Virus record (IMG/VR): IMGVR_UViG_3300009514_000014
Coordinates: 19,956-83,955 of that record
Source of the DNA: a virus
Reading direction: 5' to 3' (one strand)
Length of the DNA: 64,000 nucleotides
Below the pieces are notes generated by a model that was not told the origin of the DNA, did not search any database, and saw only the letters and a program-made list of their open reading frames with translations. This document shows, piece by piece, positions 54,622 to 64,000 of this stretch; the stretch's first letter is position 1; each line of letters begins with the position of its first letter. A program made the position numbers and the translations under genes.

Positions 54622-55587
54622 ATGGCTGTACCTACTCTAGATTCTGTTACACCGTCCAGTGGCGATGCTGGCGGTGAAGGTGTCGTTCAATTGGCCGGCA
54701 CCAACTTTCGATTGTACGCAGTGCCGGTGTCAGGATACGTCGGAGGTGACGATCCGCAACTCGTCCGTGTCACATTCGATGGAGTGGAAGCGACCAATGT
54801 CGACGTGATCAGCGCCACTACGTTGGAGGTCACTCCCCCAATGTACACCGGAGACCTGCAACCTACGACGTTTCCACCAGTGGACGTCACGGTCACCAAT
54901 CTAGACGACAATGGCGACCCTATCGCAGGCGAGACAGCCACACTAGCGGCTAGCTACACTTACGTCCGTCAGCCATTGCTGCCGCCGACGAAGACGCATG
55001 ATTCCCCATTCGAGCGCATAGCACGAATGGTCATACAGATGTTCAAGAGAGAAATGCTCTTGAAATCAGGGGTTAACACGCACACTGATTACTCGTCTGA
55101 CGGCATAGTGATCGCCCAAGCCGATGTGCCCACGTTGCATCTGGTGGGTCCGGTGGTGCGCGAGGACGACTACGGTTGGGAGAATGAGGAAGTTGAGGAG
55201 GACTTGGTCGACGATGAGGCCGACATTTGGCCTCACCCGATCATGCACACCGTGACATTCACCCTGATAGGTTCGTCTGACAACTACAGCGAATTCTTGA
55301 CTATGATGGCCGCAACCCGCAAGATATTACGTAGTAATTCGCGGTTGATAATTGCTGGCGATGTGCCGGCCGGTTCGACGTTGAGACTGCCGATCGTTGT
55401 GACATCCGACCCATCGAAAACCAGAACCGCCGGCAACTCGAACTCTCATGGGTTCTCGGCGACGTTCGAATTGATCCGTGTCCCTGTGCTCTACTTGCCG
55501 CCATATTTGCGAACTAAAAAAGCGGCGGCACTAGAGCTACAAGCGCAAAATACTACAGGGAGTCTGGTGGAAGTAATTGCCCTGTGA
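54622..55587 (+). CDS. Tail terminator with N-terminal IPT/TIG domain
   Basis: PT..V.P..G...G...V.L.GTNF; precedes the sheath gene. Confidence 0.75.
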   Translation: MAVPTLDSVTPSSGDAGGEGVVQLAGTNFRLYAVPVSGYVGGDDPQLVRVTFDGVEATNVDVISATTLEVTPPMYTGDLQPTTFPPVDVTVTNLDDNGDPIAGETATLAASYTYVRQPLLPPTKTHDSPFERIARMVIQMFKREMLLKSGVNTHTDYSSDGIVIAQADVPTLHLVGPVVREDDYGWENEEVEEDLVDDEADIWPHPIMHTVTFTLIGSSDNYSEFLTMMAATRKILRSNSRLIIAGDVPAGSTLRLPIVVTSDPSKTRTAGNSNSHGFSATFELIRVPVLYLPPYLRTKKAAALELQAQNTTGSLVEVIAL

Positions 55588-55628
55588 TAGTGTAGTGCGA
55601 GTTTGCCCTACCAGGCCTGGAGGCGAAA

Positions 55629-57833
55629 ATGGCTGAGCTTCTTTCTTCCAAAATCACCGTCGGCGAAGAAGACCCGACTATCCGCTCGTTTCCATCCCTG
55701 GCCAGCGCCGTTCTGGCGATTCAGGGCATAGCAGAAATGGGCCCTATCGGCACGTGGACGCTGTTGACTTCCTTCGAGGAGTACCAGGAAATCTACGGAG
55801 GATACCTGGCATCCTACCAGCTAGCACAGGCTGTCCGAGCGTTTTTCCTGAACGGCGGCAACCAGTGTTACGTCTCTCGCACGGCACACTACTCGAGTGT
55901 CTCCGCCGGTACATTGGCCACAGCGGCCAAGGGCGCTGTCACCCTTCAAACTACCGGCGGTGCAGCAACAGCGGCCGAGGTCACGGGCGCCGTAGCTGGT
56001 CCTTGGGCCTTCGCTCCCGGCGATACGTTGGGCGTCAAGATCGATCAGGGTGGTGTGCTCACCGCGACCTTCGACGCAGCGGCAGGCTACCAGGACGACA
56101 CCACGACCTACCCGGTGGCTGATCAAAACGGCAACAACATCACCGTCCAGTTCGACGGTGGAGCCGTACAGACCGTAACGTTTTCTGGGGTCACGACGAC
56201 GTTGGTCTCCGTCATCAACCAGATCAACGCGCAGATCTACGGCGGTTTTGTTGTCGATCAAGGCGGACAGGTTCGAGTCACCTCAGACACCAAAGGCACC
56301 AACAGCACCGTGCTTTGCGGAGTCGGCACTTCCGGTCTGACGTTCGGTTCAGCCACGGCAGGCACCGGCGACGTCGCCGATATCCTCTCCGTCACCGCTG
56401 CTGAAATCGAGACCGTGGTCGAGGCGGATGTCGCCGGCACGGTTGTCACTGAAGAAGCCGGCGGCTTCATCAAGCTCGCAACGACAGACACTGGCTCGAC
56501 GGCGTACATTCAGGTGGACGCTGCCGGTTCTACGGTGGAGGCAGTTCTCGGTCTCGCGACAACGGAGTTCCAAGGTTCCGATTCTGCACCGCAGGACACG
56601 TTGACGATGACGGCCAAGTACTACGGCGCATACGCCAACGCTCTCAAGATCAAAGTCACGGCGGCCAGTAGCGCCGTTGCTTCCGAGTTCAACCTGCAGG
56701 TCTTGCTCGGCACGGCCGTTCTCGAGTCGTTTGCCAACGTCACGATGGATGACACGGCAGATCGTTACGTTCTCACAGTCGTCAACAACGCGGACGTCGG
56801 ATCGTTGCGCTTCGTAGCCAGTGATGATGCGGCCACCGGCTCACCGACAGTCATTCGACCGGCGGACACTTCTGGTGCCACCGTGGTCGGTGGCGATGAC
56901 GGCCTAACGAGTCTTGACGACAACGACTTCATCGGAGATCCGGCCGGCTCCACAGGCCTCTACGCCTTCGATACGGCCGACGATGCGACATTGCTCGCCT
57001 CGCCCGACAGAATCACTGCAGCAGTGCAGAACGCCATGATGACGTACTGCGGCGACGACCGCAAAGGTTTCATGTTCGCGCTGCTCGATCCCCCTCTCGG
57101 GCAGACGGCGGCTCAGATGCTCACGTATCGGTCCACCCTCACGTCAACAGCGTACCCCGAGTTCGGTGCGTTGTATTGGCCGCAGGTCAAAATCGTCAAT
57201 CCGTCGGTTTCGATTTTCGGTACCGGTGCGGACATCACCGTCGCACCGTGCGGCTACGTTGCCGGTATCATGGCCCGCAACGATGCCAATGAGCAAGCAG
57301 GTCCATTCGTGCAACCTGCCGGTGTCGAGGAAGGCAAGCCTTCTGGTCTCATCGGCGTAGGCATGGATGAAGTCAAATTGGAGGCGAAGCGCGACTTGGT
57401 GTTTCCGCAACGCATCAACCCCATCTCCTATCTCAAGCGCTACGGCTACTTCGTGGACGGTGCGCGCACGCTGAAAGGTGACGGCAACTTCCCAAGTGTC
57501 GGCGAACGTCGTGGCGTCTCGCATATCGAGCGGCTCTTGAGTGACGGCCTGCAGTGGGTGCGGCACAAAAACAATACGGAGCAGTTGCGCGAGGATGTGG
57601 AGACGACGGTTTACGCCGAGCTCCGAAGTTGGATGGATAAAGGTGCGTTTGCGTCCAACGACCCCGCCACTGCGTTCTTCGTGGACGTGTCCGACGCTTT
57701 GAATCCGCCATCCGTCATTCGGGCAGGAAAGCTGGTGCTACGTGTAGGTATGGCAACCAACACACCGGCAGAGTTCGTCATCATCAAGGTAACCAAAGAC
57801 ACTCGCGCGCTCAACGAAGAGCTCTTGGGCTAG
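55629..57833 (+). CDS. Tail sheath protein
   Basis: FFLNGG..YV.R, GLYAFD, FALLD.P, ALYWP, AGI.ARND, RINPI, DGARTL, PAEFV. Confidence 0.95.
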   Translation: MAELLSSKITVGEEDPTIRSFPSLASAVLAIQGIAEMGPIGTWTLLTSFEEYQEIYGGYLASYQLAQAVRAFFLNGGNQCYVSRTAHYSSVSAGTLATAAKGAVTLQTTGGAATAAEVTGAVAGPWAFAPGDTLGVKIDQGGVLTATFDAAAGYQDDTTTYPVADQNGNNITVQFDGGAVQTVTFSGVTTTLVSVINQINAQIYGGFVVDQGGQVRVTSDTKGTNSTVLCGVGTSGLTFGSATAGTGDVADILSVTAAEIETVVEADVAGTVVTEEAGGFIKLATTDTGSTAYIQVDAAGSTVEAVLGLATTEFQGSDSAPQDTLTMTAKYYGAYANALKIKVTAASSAVASEFNLQVLLGTAVLESFANVTMDDTADRYVLTVVNNADVGSLRFVASDDAATGSPTVIRPADTSGATVVGGDDGLTSLDDNDFIGDPAGSTGLYAFDTADDATLLASPDRITAAVQNAMMTYCGDDRKGFMFALLDPPLGQTAAQMLTYRSTLTSTAYPEFGALYWPQVKIVNPSVSIFGTGADITVAPCGYVAGIMARNDANEQAGPFVQPAGVEEGKPSGLIGVGMDEVKLEAKRDLVFPQRINPISYLKRYGYFVDGARTLKGDGNFPSVGERRGVSHIERLLSDGLQWVRHKNNTEQLREDVETTVYAELRSWMDKGAFASNDPATAFFVDVSDALNPPSVIRAGKLVLRVGMATNTPAEFVIIKVTKDTRALNEELLG

Positions 57834-57886
57834 ACAGGTAACCTCGCAGTCGACGTAAGTAAGTCGATCATTTAGGGAGGATCAAA

Positions 57887-58384
57887 ATGGCAGATGTCAA
57901 ACTCTTGGGCGGCCAGCGCGAGTTGCACCCCAAGCACCAGTTTCTGGTGCAAATTCCCGGTGGCTGGAGCGCCGGCTTTCAGAAATGCTCTGAGCTCTCC
58001 ACCGAGATAGCAAAGATCGAGTACTACGAGGGCGGCTCCATGATCCCCTGGAAAGTACCAGGGCGAGTGTCCTTCGCCGACGTGACGCTGGAACGTGGTA
58101 CATCCAGCTCGTTGAAGTTCTACGAGTGGATGTTGCAAGTCGCCAACGCAACAGTCGGCACATTTCCCACACGAGGTTTCGGCCTACAAACTCCGACGTA
58201 CATGAAGGATGTAAAAATCATTCAACTCGATCGAGATGGTCTAGTCGCCGGTTCGCCGCGCATTTGGCGCGTCACCAATGCATGGGTGCAGAAGTACATG
58301 GCGGGTGACTGGGACAATACGGCAGACGAGGTGGTTATCGAATCGCTCACACTGACGTTCGACCACTTCTCCAAAGTAAAGTAG
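57887..58384 (+). CDS. Tail tube protein (T4 gp19-like)
   Basis: GFQ.CS.L, YYEGG, PGR..F.DVTLERG, W..NAW, IE.L.L. Confidence 0.95.
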   Translation: MADVKLLGGQRELHPKHQFLVQIPGGWSAGFQKCSELSTEIAKIEYYEGGSMIPWKVPGRVSFADVTLERGTSSSLKFYEWMLQVANATVGTFPTRGFGLQTPTYMKDVKIIQLDRDGLVAGSPRIWRVTNAWVQKYMAGDWDNTADEVVIESLTLTFDHFSKVK

Positions 58385-58443
58385 ACGCATGACGCGTCGG
58401 GTGGGAGCACAGCTCCGCCCCAACAGGTATAGTGAGGAAAAAT

Positions 58444-59202
58444 ATGTCTCTCGAGGTCAAATGCCCGTCCGGGCTGCACGGTGTTCTCCGTGGAATGAAG
58501 GTCAAAGACGAGGAGCTGTTCGCCGACCGCAAGCTTGCGCGGTCTGGAGGATTGATCACTAAGCTTTTGACGTCATGTTGGGAGCAAACGCTCGACGCCG
58601 GTCCGTACTCTTTCATCAATTCAGACACCCCCATCGACTGGGACAGGATCGCGTCAGCAGACCGCAACTACCTTCTCATCAAGCTGCGCGTCAGCACCTT
58701 CGGTTCGGATTACGAGTTCAAGGTCACATGCAACAAGTGCGCAAAGCACTTCGCTTGGGGTGTCGACCTGAACTCTCTCGACGTATTCGAGATGAGCGAA
58801 GAGGGTATCAGCTCACTGCGCACCGGCGACGCTGTGCCAATGCAAGTCGACGGCATGGAAGTGCTGTGCCGCGTGCTGCGCGGAGAGGACGAGCGCTTCT
58901 TTGCAACCTTGGATGGCGCTGAGTCCAACAAGGTCCTCACGTACACACTCACGCGTCGTATCGTGCAGATGCAAGGGCAGACAGAGTGGGAGCTCTTGCT
59001 GCCGTTGGTCGAAGACCTCGAGCGCCTCACGGCCGATAAGCTGTGGGACCTCACTGATAACTTGGAGGGCGGCATCGAGATGCTCTTCGATATCGACTGC
59101 CCGAGCTGTCAGACTGTGATGAACATAATGCTCCCTTTCGAAGAGGGCTTCTTTTCGAGCCGAAAGCGCTTTGCGAAGTCGAAAAGGAAGAGGATTGGTT
59201 AG
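58444..59202 (+). CDS. Tail assembly chaperone / baseplate hub (T4 gp26-like)
   Basis: PSG, DR.YLLI.LR..FG..Y, two CxxC, C-terminal FF. Confidence 0.8.
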   Translation: MSLEVKCPSGLHGVLRGMKVKDEELFADRKLARSGGLITKLLTSCWEQTLDAGPYSFINSDTPIDWDRIASADRNYLLIKLRVSTFGSDYEFKVTCNKCAKHFAWGVDLNSLDVFEMSEEGISSLRTGDAVPMQVDGMEVLCRVLRGEDERFFATLDGAESNKVLTYTLTRRIVQMQGQTEWELLLPLVEDLERLTADKLWDLTDNLEGGIEMLFDIDCPSCQTVMNIMLPFEEGFFSSRKRFAKSKRKRIG

Positions 59203-59207
59203 ACTTG

Positions 59208-59354
59208 ATGTTTGCGATGTGCGTGCAGTCGCCTAATCTGTCGTCGTTGAACATCAGTTGGGGAGACGTGCTCGAGATGCCGGTAGGTCGGCGGAACGCA
59301 CTTGCCGACAAACTGGAAGATCTGAAAAGCCGAGAGGCCGATCAACACAGATAA
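59208..59354 (+). CDS. Downstream chaperone ORF (possible -1 frameshift extension)
   Basis: ISW.DVLEMP..RR pattern; frame is open from at least 59148. Confidence 0.6.
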   Translation: MFAMCVQSPNLSSLNISWGDVLEMPVGRRNALADKLEDLKSREADQHR

Positions 59355-59368
59355 CGTAGAGGTGCCCT

Positions 59369-62071
59369 GTGCCCCGCAATGTTGGCTACTCCATGACCTT
59401 CACCTTTACGGGGTTGGACAAGTACACGCCAGTTGCGGCTCAAGTCAACAACGCCAATAAAAGCATTGGTGATAGCACTCAACGCATGGCCGACCGTTCG
59501 AAGTCGGCTATCTCCCAACTCGCTGGCGCCTACAACGCACTGATCGTCGCCAAGCATGCCGCTCGAGCGGTGGGTACTCTGCTCGGCCCTGCCGTCGACA
59601 TGCAACAAGCCATGGCCAACTTGGAAGCAGCCACTGGTGCAAGTGGAGATGCCATCGACAAATTCAAGGCAGCCGCAAACGAGGCTGCCGGCATCACCCC
59701 ATTTACGCCGGTAGAAGCAGTGCAGGCGTTGCAAGGGTTGAACCTAGCGATACGTGATACCAAGGCAGCCAGCGAATCGTTGATTCCTACATTATCTTTT
59801 GCCCACACCTTTATGAAAGGTGATGTCGCCGGTTCGACTAAATTGCTGTCGCGGCTTGTAAAAGGCTTCGGCATTAGCGCCGAAGAGGCTGCCGGCAAGT
59901 TGGATAAGCTTGTCGCCATTCAGCGTGTAACAGGTGTTCAGGCTGCAGATCTGGCCGAGGGTTTCAAAAAGCTAGGTGTTGTCTCCGGTATCTCTAAAAG
60001 CAATTTCGAAGACATTGCGCCTGTGTTCGCCCTGGTCACACGCGGTTTCGACAGTGCTTCTGCTACCACCACTGGTTTAATCCGTGGTGTGCAGCGTCTT
60101 GCAAACCCTGAAGTAGCTGGAAGGTTGCGAGAGCAATTCGGCATCATAGTGTCCAGCGAGGGCGGTTTCAAGTCAATGCAGAGAGTCATGATTGACTTGG
60201 CTAACGCCGCAAAGCTCAACGCAAATAATTGGCCCGCCTTTGTCGCACAAGTGACACAAGTGTTTGGCGCACGCGCAGCAAAAACATTTATCTCAGGTGT
60301 GCAGCAACTGAACAAAGGCTTCAAAGGCATGGGGACCGGCGTCCTACGCGGTGCTGACGCATTCAAGGTAATAAACGAGGCTATGGCGAAGTCTGGTGGA
60401 CTGCTGCATCAAATAACACAAGACGTGATGAAAACCACGCAAGGGCAACTGCTGTTGCTGAATGACGCCTGGATCAAAGTTCGAGGTAGCATGTTTGATG
60501 CGGCCGTGGCTGGTCTTGGTCCGCTAGTCACGCATTTGTTGCACGCTGTAGACGCCGTAACTTATCTGTTCACGGAGCTCGGCCCGCTGTCGTGGATCTT
60601 GCGTGGCCTGGTCAGAGTTTTGGTTATCGGCGGTGGCATACTTGGCGCATTCTACGCAGCGAAGCTGGTGTGGATTGGTGTGACGGCGATTGCGTCAAAT
60701 GCCATTGGCATGTTACGCAATCAGGTTTTGTTGACCAATGGAGCCATGGCAGGCACTATAACTAGCGCCAAGTCGGCGGTGGTTGGCTACGTGGCGTTGA
60801 TCAGATCGGCAGGCATAGCACGAGGCACACTACAGGCCTTGGGTTTGACTGCCAAAGCGATGTGGCGATCAGTGCTAGGCCCTATTGGTTTGATTTGGCT
60901 ACTAGTTGACGGTCTTAGTTGGTTGTACAAAGGTGCCAAAAAGTTGTTAGGCATATCGTCTGACACAGCAAAGAGCGACACAAAGAAATTGCAATCTGCG
61001 GCGGCTAAGCACAAGCAAGCCATCATGGACCAAATGCGGGTTACTTCGAAACTGGGTAACACCATTTCAGGTTTCGAAGGGGCCGTGAAGAACTGGAAGC
61101 AAGTCATTCAGTCCAAGTTGCCGATGCTGCCGCATAAAGCGCTTCAGTTCTTCTCGAAAGAGGTGGAAAAGTTGATCAGTTCCGGCGCAGTAAATGCTAA
61201 GGGCGCCGCACTGATGCGTGAACGTGTTGCTGATGTTAGGCAGGTGTTTACTGCTCGCGACGCGGCGACGCCTGAAGAGGTCAAGAAGAGCCAAAACGCT
61301 ATAACGTTTTTAGGCGAGTTGACGAAGGCCACTTCGCATGACACCAAGAAGGCAGCCGAAGCGACAAAGATGGCAGCGACTGAGGTCGATCGTTTTCGCA
61401 CGAAGTCAGATCGCATGGCGCGCACATTGATCGCTCTCGGTATCGGCACAGACGGCTTCAAAAAAGCACTGGACAAACAGCTTGTCGTCTCTACAAAGCA
61501 GGTTTACAAGACCGAGGAAGAGCTGCGAGCTCGCATTGCATTGGCGGAGCACGGTCATATCGGCATCGGCGCTGATATGAAGTCGAACAAAGAACTGCAA
61601 CGCAGCTACGCCAAGAATCGCGAGTTGGCGCTTGCCAGTGCCAAGGCGCTCGATAAACAAACGTTGGCACAAAGCAACCTGCAAAAAAGCACAGACATGG
61701 TGCGCAAGACGGAGGCGGGGGGTTACGGCGCTCTGCTAGACACTTACGCGCGTAAAGAACTAAAGCAGTCGCAAATCGACGCAAAGCTACGCAAGGCAGG
61801 ACCTGCTTTGGTGAAGCCTGGCGGTGCCACTACTAAGCCCGGTAAAGGCGGTGCAGGCGGAAAGAGTGGAAACGAATTGTCATCAATGGCTGCAGACACG
61901 CAGACACACGTGGCCTTGACTAAACAGCTATTGAAGGTCAACAAAGCTGTCGCAGAGCGGCTGAGAAATGTGCTTGGTACTGGCTCCTCGGATGACGGTT
62001 CAGGCTTGCGAGGTCCCGCCGCTGACGCTTTGTCCTCTGAATTGATGGAACTCGCCACGCGAGACCGCTAG
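59369..62071 (+). CDS. Tape measure protein
   Basis: TPFTP.EA, FGA.A; Ala-rich helical with hydrophobic segments; position. Confidence 0.92.
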   Translation: MPRNVGYSMTFTFTGLDKYTPVAAQVNNANKSIGDSTQRMADRSKSAISQLAGAYNALIVAKHAARAVGTLLGPAVDMQQAMANLEAATGASGDAIDKFKAAANEAAGITPFTPVEAVQALQGLNLAIRDTKAASESLIPTLSFAHTFMKGDVAGSTKLLSRLVKGFGISAEEAAGKLDKLVAIQRVTGVQAADLAEGFKKLGVVSGISKSNFEDIAPVFALVTRGFDSASATTTGLIRGVQRLANPEVAGRLREQFGIIVSSEGGFKSMQRVMIDLANAAKLNANNWPAFVAQVTQVFGARAAKTFISGVQQLNKGFKGMGTGVLRGADAFKVINEAMAKSGGLLHQITQDVMKTTQGQLLLLNDAWIKVRGSMFDAAVAGLGPLVTHLLHAVDAVTYLFTELGPLSWILRGLVRVLVIGGGILGAFYAAKLVWIGVTAIASNAIGMLRNQVLLTNGAMAGTITSAKSAVVGYVALIRSAGIARGTLQALGLTAKAMWRSVLGPIGLIWLLVDGLSWLYKGAKKLLGISSDTAKSDTKKLQSAAAKHKQAIMDQMRVTSKLGNTISGFEGAVKNWKQVIQSKLPMLPHKALQFFSKEVEKLISSGAVNAKGAALMRERVADVRQVFTARDAATPEEVKKSQNAITFLGELTKATSHDTKKAAEATKMAATEVDRFRTKSDRMARTLIALGIGTDGFKKALDKQLVVSTKQVYKTEEELRARIALAEHGHIGIGADMKSNKELQRSYAKNRELALASAKALDKQTLAQSNLQKSTDMVRKTEAGGYGALLDTYARKELKQSQIDAKLRKAGPALVKPGGATTKPGKGGAGGKSGNELSSMAADTQTHVALTKQLLKVNKAVAERLRNVLGTGSSDDGSGLRGPAADALSSELMELATRDR

Positions 62072-62084
62072 GACCAGTCGACTG

Positions 62085-62429
62085 ATGATCTTTGAAGATA
62101 GCCGATATGTCCTCTCCGACTTGTTTGTCGACTCGCAGAGTCGCGTCTACCTCGGTCCTCGCGAGCGTTTCTTCTTTGAAGATTTGGACGACGTGATACC
62201 CCACACAGTTAGAGAAGGGGACACATGGCACAGCCTTGCGCACCAGTACTATGGTCGCGCGCTAAGTGCTGAAGTCAATTTATGGTGGGCGCTGGCTGAC
62301 TTTCAACCTGAACCAGTTCTTGATCCGACACTAGTGTTAGCAGCCGGCACGATTGTGCTCATACCTCCCATTCGTGTTATGCAGGAAGAATTGGAAGGTC
62401 TTCCTGATGAATCACTGGCGACACTGTAA
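62085..62429 (+). CDS. LysM/tail-X baseplate protein
   Basis: HTV.EGDT..LA..YYG..WW.LAD..L.AG....IP. Confidence 0.88.
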   Translation: MIFEDSRYVLSDLFVDSQSRVYLGPRERFFFEDLDDVIPHTVREGDTWHSLAHQYYGRALSAEVNLWWALADFQPEPVLDPTLVLAAGTIVLIPPIRVMQEELEGLPDESLATL

Positions 62430-63715
62430 TGAGTCTTGAAGGCTACGACACTCTCAACCCTCGCGTGCACTTTAAAATATTGCAGGCGCCGGCCGGCATG
62501 ACTGCTGCGCAACTAGCTTTGCGTCTGATGAAGTTTGAGTACATCGATGAGCCTAGAAAGCGTCCGCATGCCATCATGGACTTCGACAACACCGACGGTC
62601 GCATTGTGAATGTTGCAGTACTCCTTCTCGGCCTGAAAGTTCGCGTCACCTTCGGCTATGACGGATTGCGTTCGAGGGCTTTTGATGTCGTCATCCGTAA
62701 AATAAAAGGCGGTATGGTTCGCAGTCCGCAAACGCGTTCACCGGCACCAAACGCCACGGGCGTGGTGCAGATGGAGGGCGTCGTACATAACACCAAATTG
62801 CACTGGCGGACCGAAGGCGACATCGGCGTTTGGCGTAACACAACCATGTCAAAGGTGGTCGCGCAGATCGCCAGGAGTGCAGGGTACAAAGAGGACAAAA
62901 TATTCGTGGAGTACGACGTTGACGCACATGGGCAACGAGAGCGCAACATTGACGAAATCAGTATCTCGGAGGATGACACCCTCGAGCACTTCCTACGCGA
63001 TGCTGCCCACGAACGAGGCTTTGTGACTTATCGACGCAATGGTGAGTTTCACTGGCACAGCCCGGGTTGGAAGGGCGCACACACGGAAGAAATAGAGTAC
63101 TTCAAAGGGCCAGACTTGCTGGACTTCGCTGTTGAAGGTGACTACCGAATAAACATGAGTAAAGTGCAGGGGCGGGCGCATAACGCCAGGTTGCGGCGCG
63201 TGTTCACATACGACGCCGAGAACAACAGATTCGGTGTCGCTCGACCTTCCTTGGCCGAAGCTCTGGCTCGGCCCTCTGTAAACCCGACAGACGTCGTGGC
63301 CGCTATTTCGGATAAAGCTAAAGAGAGAGCAGGAGCCCGGCTAGCCGTTCAAATTCGAAATCGGTGGAAGTTGAACCTGACGTTGGTGGGTAATCCAAAG
63401 GTGCTTCGTGGCGTGTCATTGCAGCTCGGCAACTTTGGGCCATTCATTGACGGCCGGTGGTACTGCAGAGGCTGCAGGCACATATTCGACACTTCCGGAT
63501 ACACCACTAAGATGTCACTCCGAGCCAAAACAACTGGTGGAGGGGGCGGCCAACGGCGGTTTAAGTTCACCGTCGATCCGGAAACTGGAAAGTTCGGGGT
63601 AGCTGTGAGCTACTACGGCTCACTGAAAAAGAAAAAGAAGAGCAAACGAAAGAACAAAAGCAAATTGGGGCCTAACACCTTTAGTGCATCATCTCGTCGA
63701 CGAACAAGGAAGTAG
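62429..63715 (+). CDS. Late control D-like baseplate hub protein
   Basis: FGY, IA...G, FL...A, GNP....G, G.WY....H.FD.SGY.T. Confidence 0.85.
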   Translation: MSLEGYDTLNPRVHFKILQAPAGMTAAQLALRLMKFEYIDEPRKRPHAIMDFDNTDGRIVNVAVLLLGLKVRVTFGYDGLRSRAFDVVIRKIKGGMVRSPQTRSPAPNATGVVQMEGVVHNTKLHWRTEGDIGVWRNTTMSKVVAQIARSAGYKEDKIFVEYDVDAHGQRERNIDEISISEDDTLEHFLRDAAHERGFVTYRRNGEFHWHSPGWKGAHTEEIEYFKGPDLLDFAVEGDYRINMSKVQGRAHNARLRRVFTYDAENNRFGVARPSLAEALARPSVNPTDVVAAISDKAKERAGARLAVQIRNRWKLNLTLVGNPKVLRGVSLQLGNFGPFIDGRWYCRGCRHIFDTSGYTTKMSLRAKTTGGGGGQRRFKFTVDPETGKFGVAVSYYGSLKKKKKSKRKNKSKLGPNTFSASSRRRTRK

Positions 63716-63716
63716 T

Positions 63717-63830
63717 GTGGCCTTTCCAGAAGACCAAACAGCAGCGGGAACCAAAGGCCGTCGGATCTATGGTCTCATGTGGGGCATCGTGCTGAATAAC
63801 AACGACCCCGAAGTGCGCGGACGTGTACGC
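63717..63830 (+). CDS. Baseplate spike gpV/gp5, 5' fragment (truncated)
   Basis: YG...GIV..NNDPE.RGRVR OB-fold start. Confidence 0.75.
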
Positions 63831-64000
63831 ACTAATGTGCCACGATTACTGATCAACATAATCTCATCATCTGAAAATACTTGCTTCGCGCCAATAACTG
63901 CACCATTACGCTCGCTTGTTTGAATAGCAATAACCCCTTGACCGCCACGACCAATAGTACGGTATTCACTAACCGGCGTACGTTTACCGTAACCATTTTC
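63821..64000 (-). other. gyrA: Fragment of bacterial DNA gyrase subunit A C-terminal domain
   Basis: [60 protein letters not shown]; AT-richer than the phage DNA. Confidence 0.88.

Noticed and set aside
41851-63830. Bacterial contractile injection system (eCIS/tailocin)
   Set aside because: Portal, protease, scaffold and capsid genes show a true phage head module; terminase is simply not in this window
63821-64000. Prophage attachment site in gyrA
   Set aside because: Junction cuts an essential baseplate gene, no integrase is seen, and a chimera is simpler

Overview
Fragment of a large, GC-rich tailed phage with a contractile tail (myovirus). The cargo (tri-haem CxxCH lipoprotein, TusE/DsrC-like protein) suggests a deltaproteobacterial or myxococcal host; this is inference. 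Layout: (1) 1-2.3 kb beta-helix tailspike. (2) 2.3-16.9 kb RNA-dense island with 23 conventional tRNAs (no encoded CCA), tmRNA, an SRP (4.5S-like) RNA, four Y-RNA-like genes, about eight tRNA-shaped RNAs with altered arms or large insertions, unknown structured RNAs, and genes for an RlaP-like nucleotidyltransferase, TusE/DsrC, HNH, Pth2-like hydrolase, PyrF and a multihaem cytochrome. (3) 17-29 kb minus-strand nucleotide metabolism and counter-defence genes (ThyX, dNK, TSCPD, SLOG, macro, MazG, SNase, MTase, HAD). (4) 29-41.7 kb regulators, lysis genes and minus-strand virion proteins. (5) 41.8-63.8 kb head and tail module: portal, a 1468-aa Dam-methylase/XkdF-protease polyprotein, scaffold, capsid, neck, sheath, tube, tape measure, baseplate. 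The last 180 nt are an unrelated gyrA fragment, probably a chimeric junction. Best novelty candidates: a circularly permuted Y RNA (a normal-order tRNA body with the Ro-binding stem in place of the anticodon arm), the tRNA-mimic array, a phage SRP RNA, a Pth2 gene whose conserved N-terminus is reachable only by +1 recoding from a Met-Arg-Pro-stop minigene, and the protease-cargo polyprotein. All calls are from manual motif and base-pairing inspection; no searches were run.
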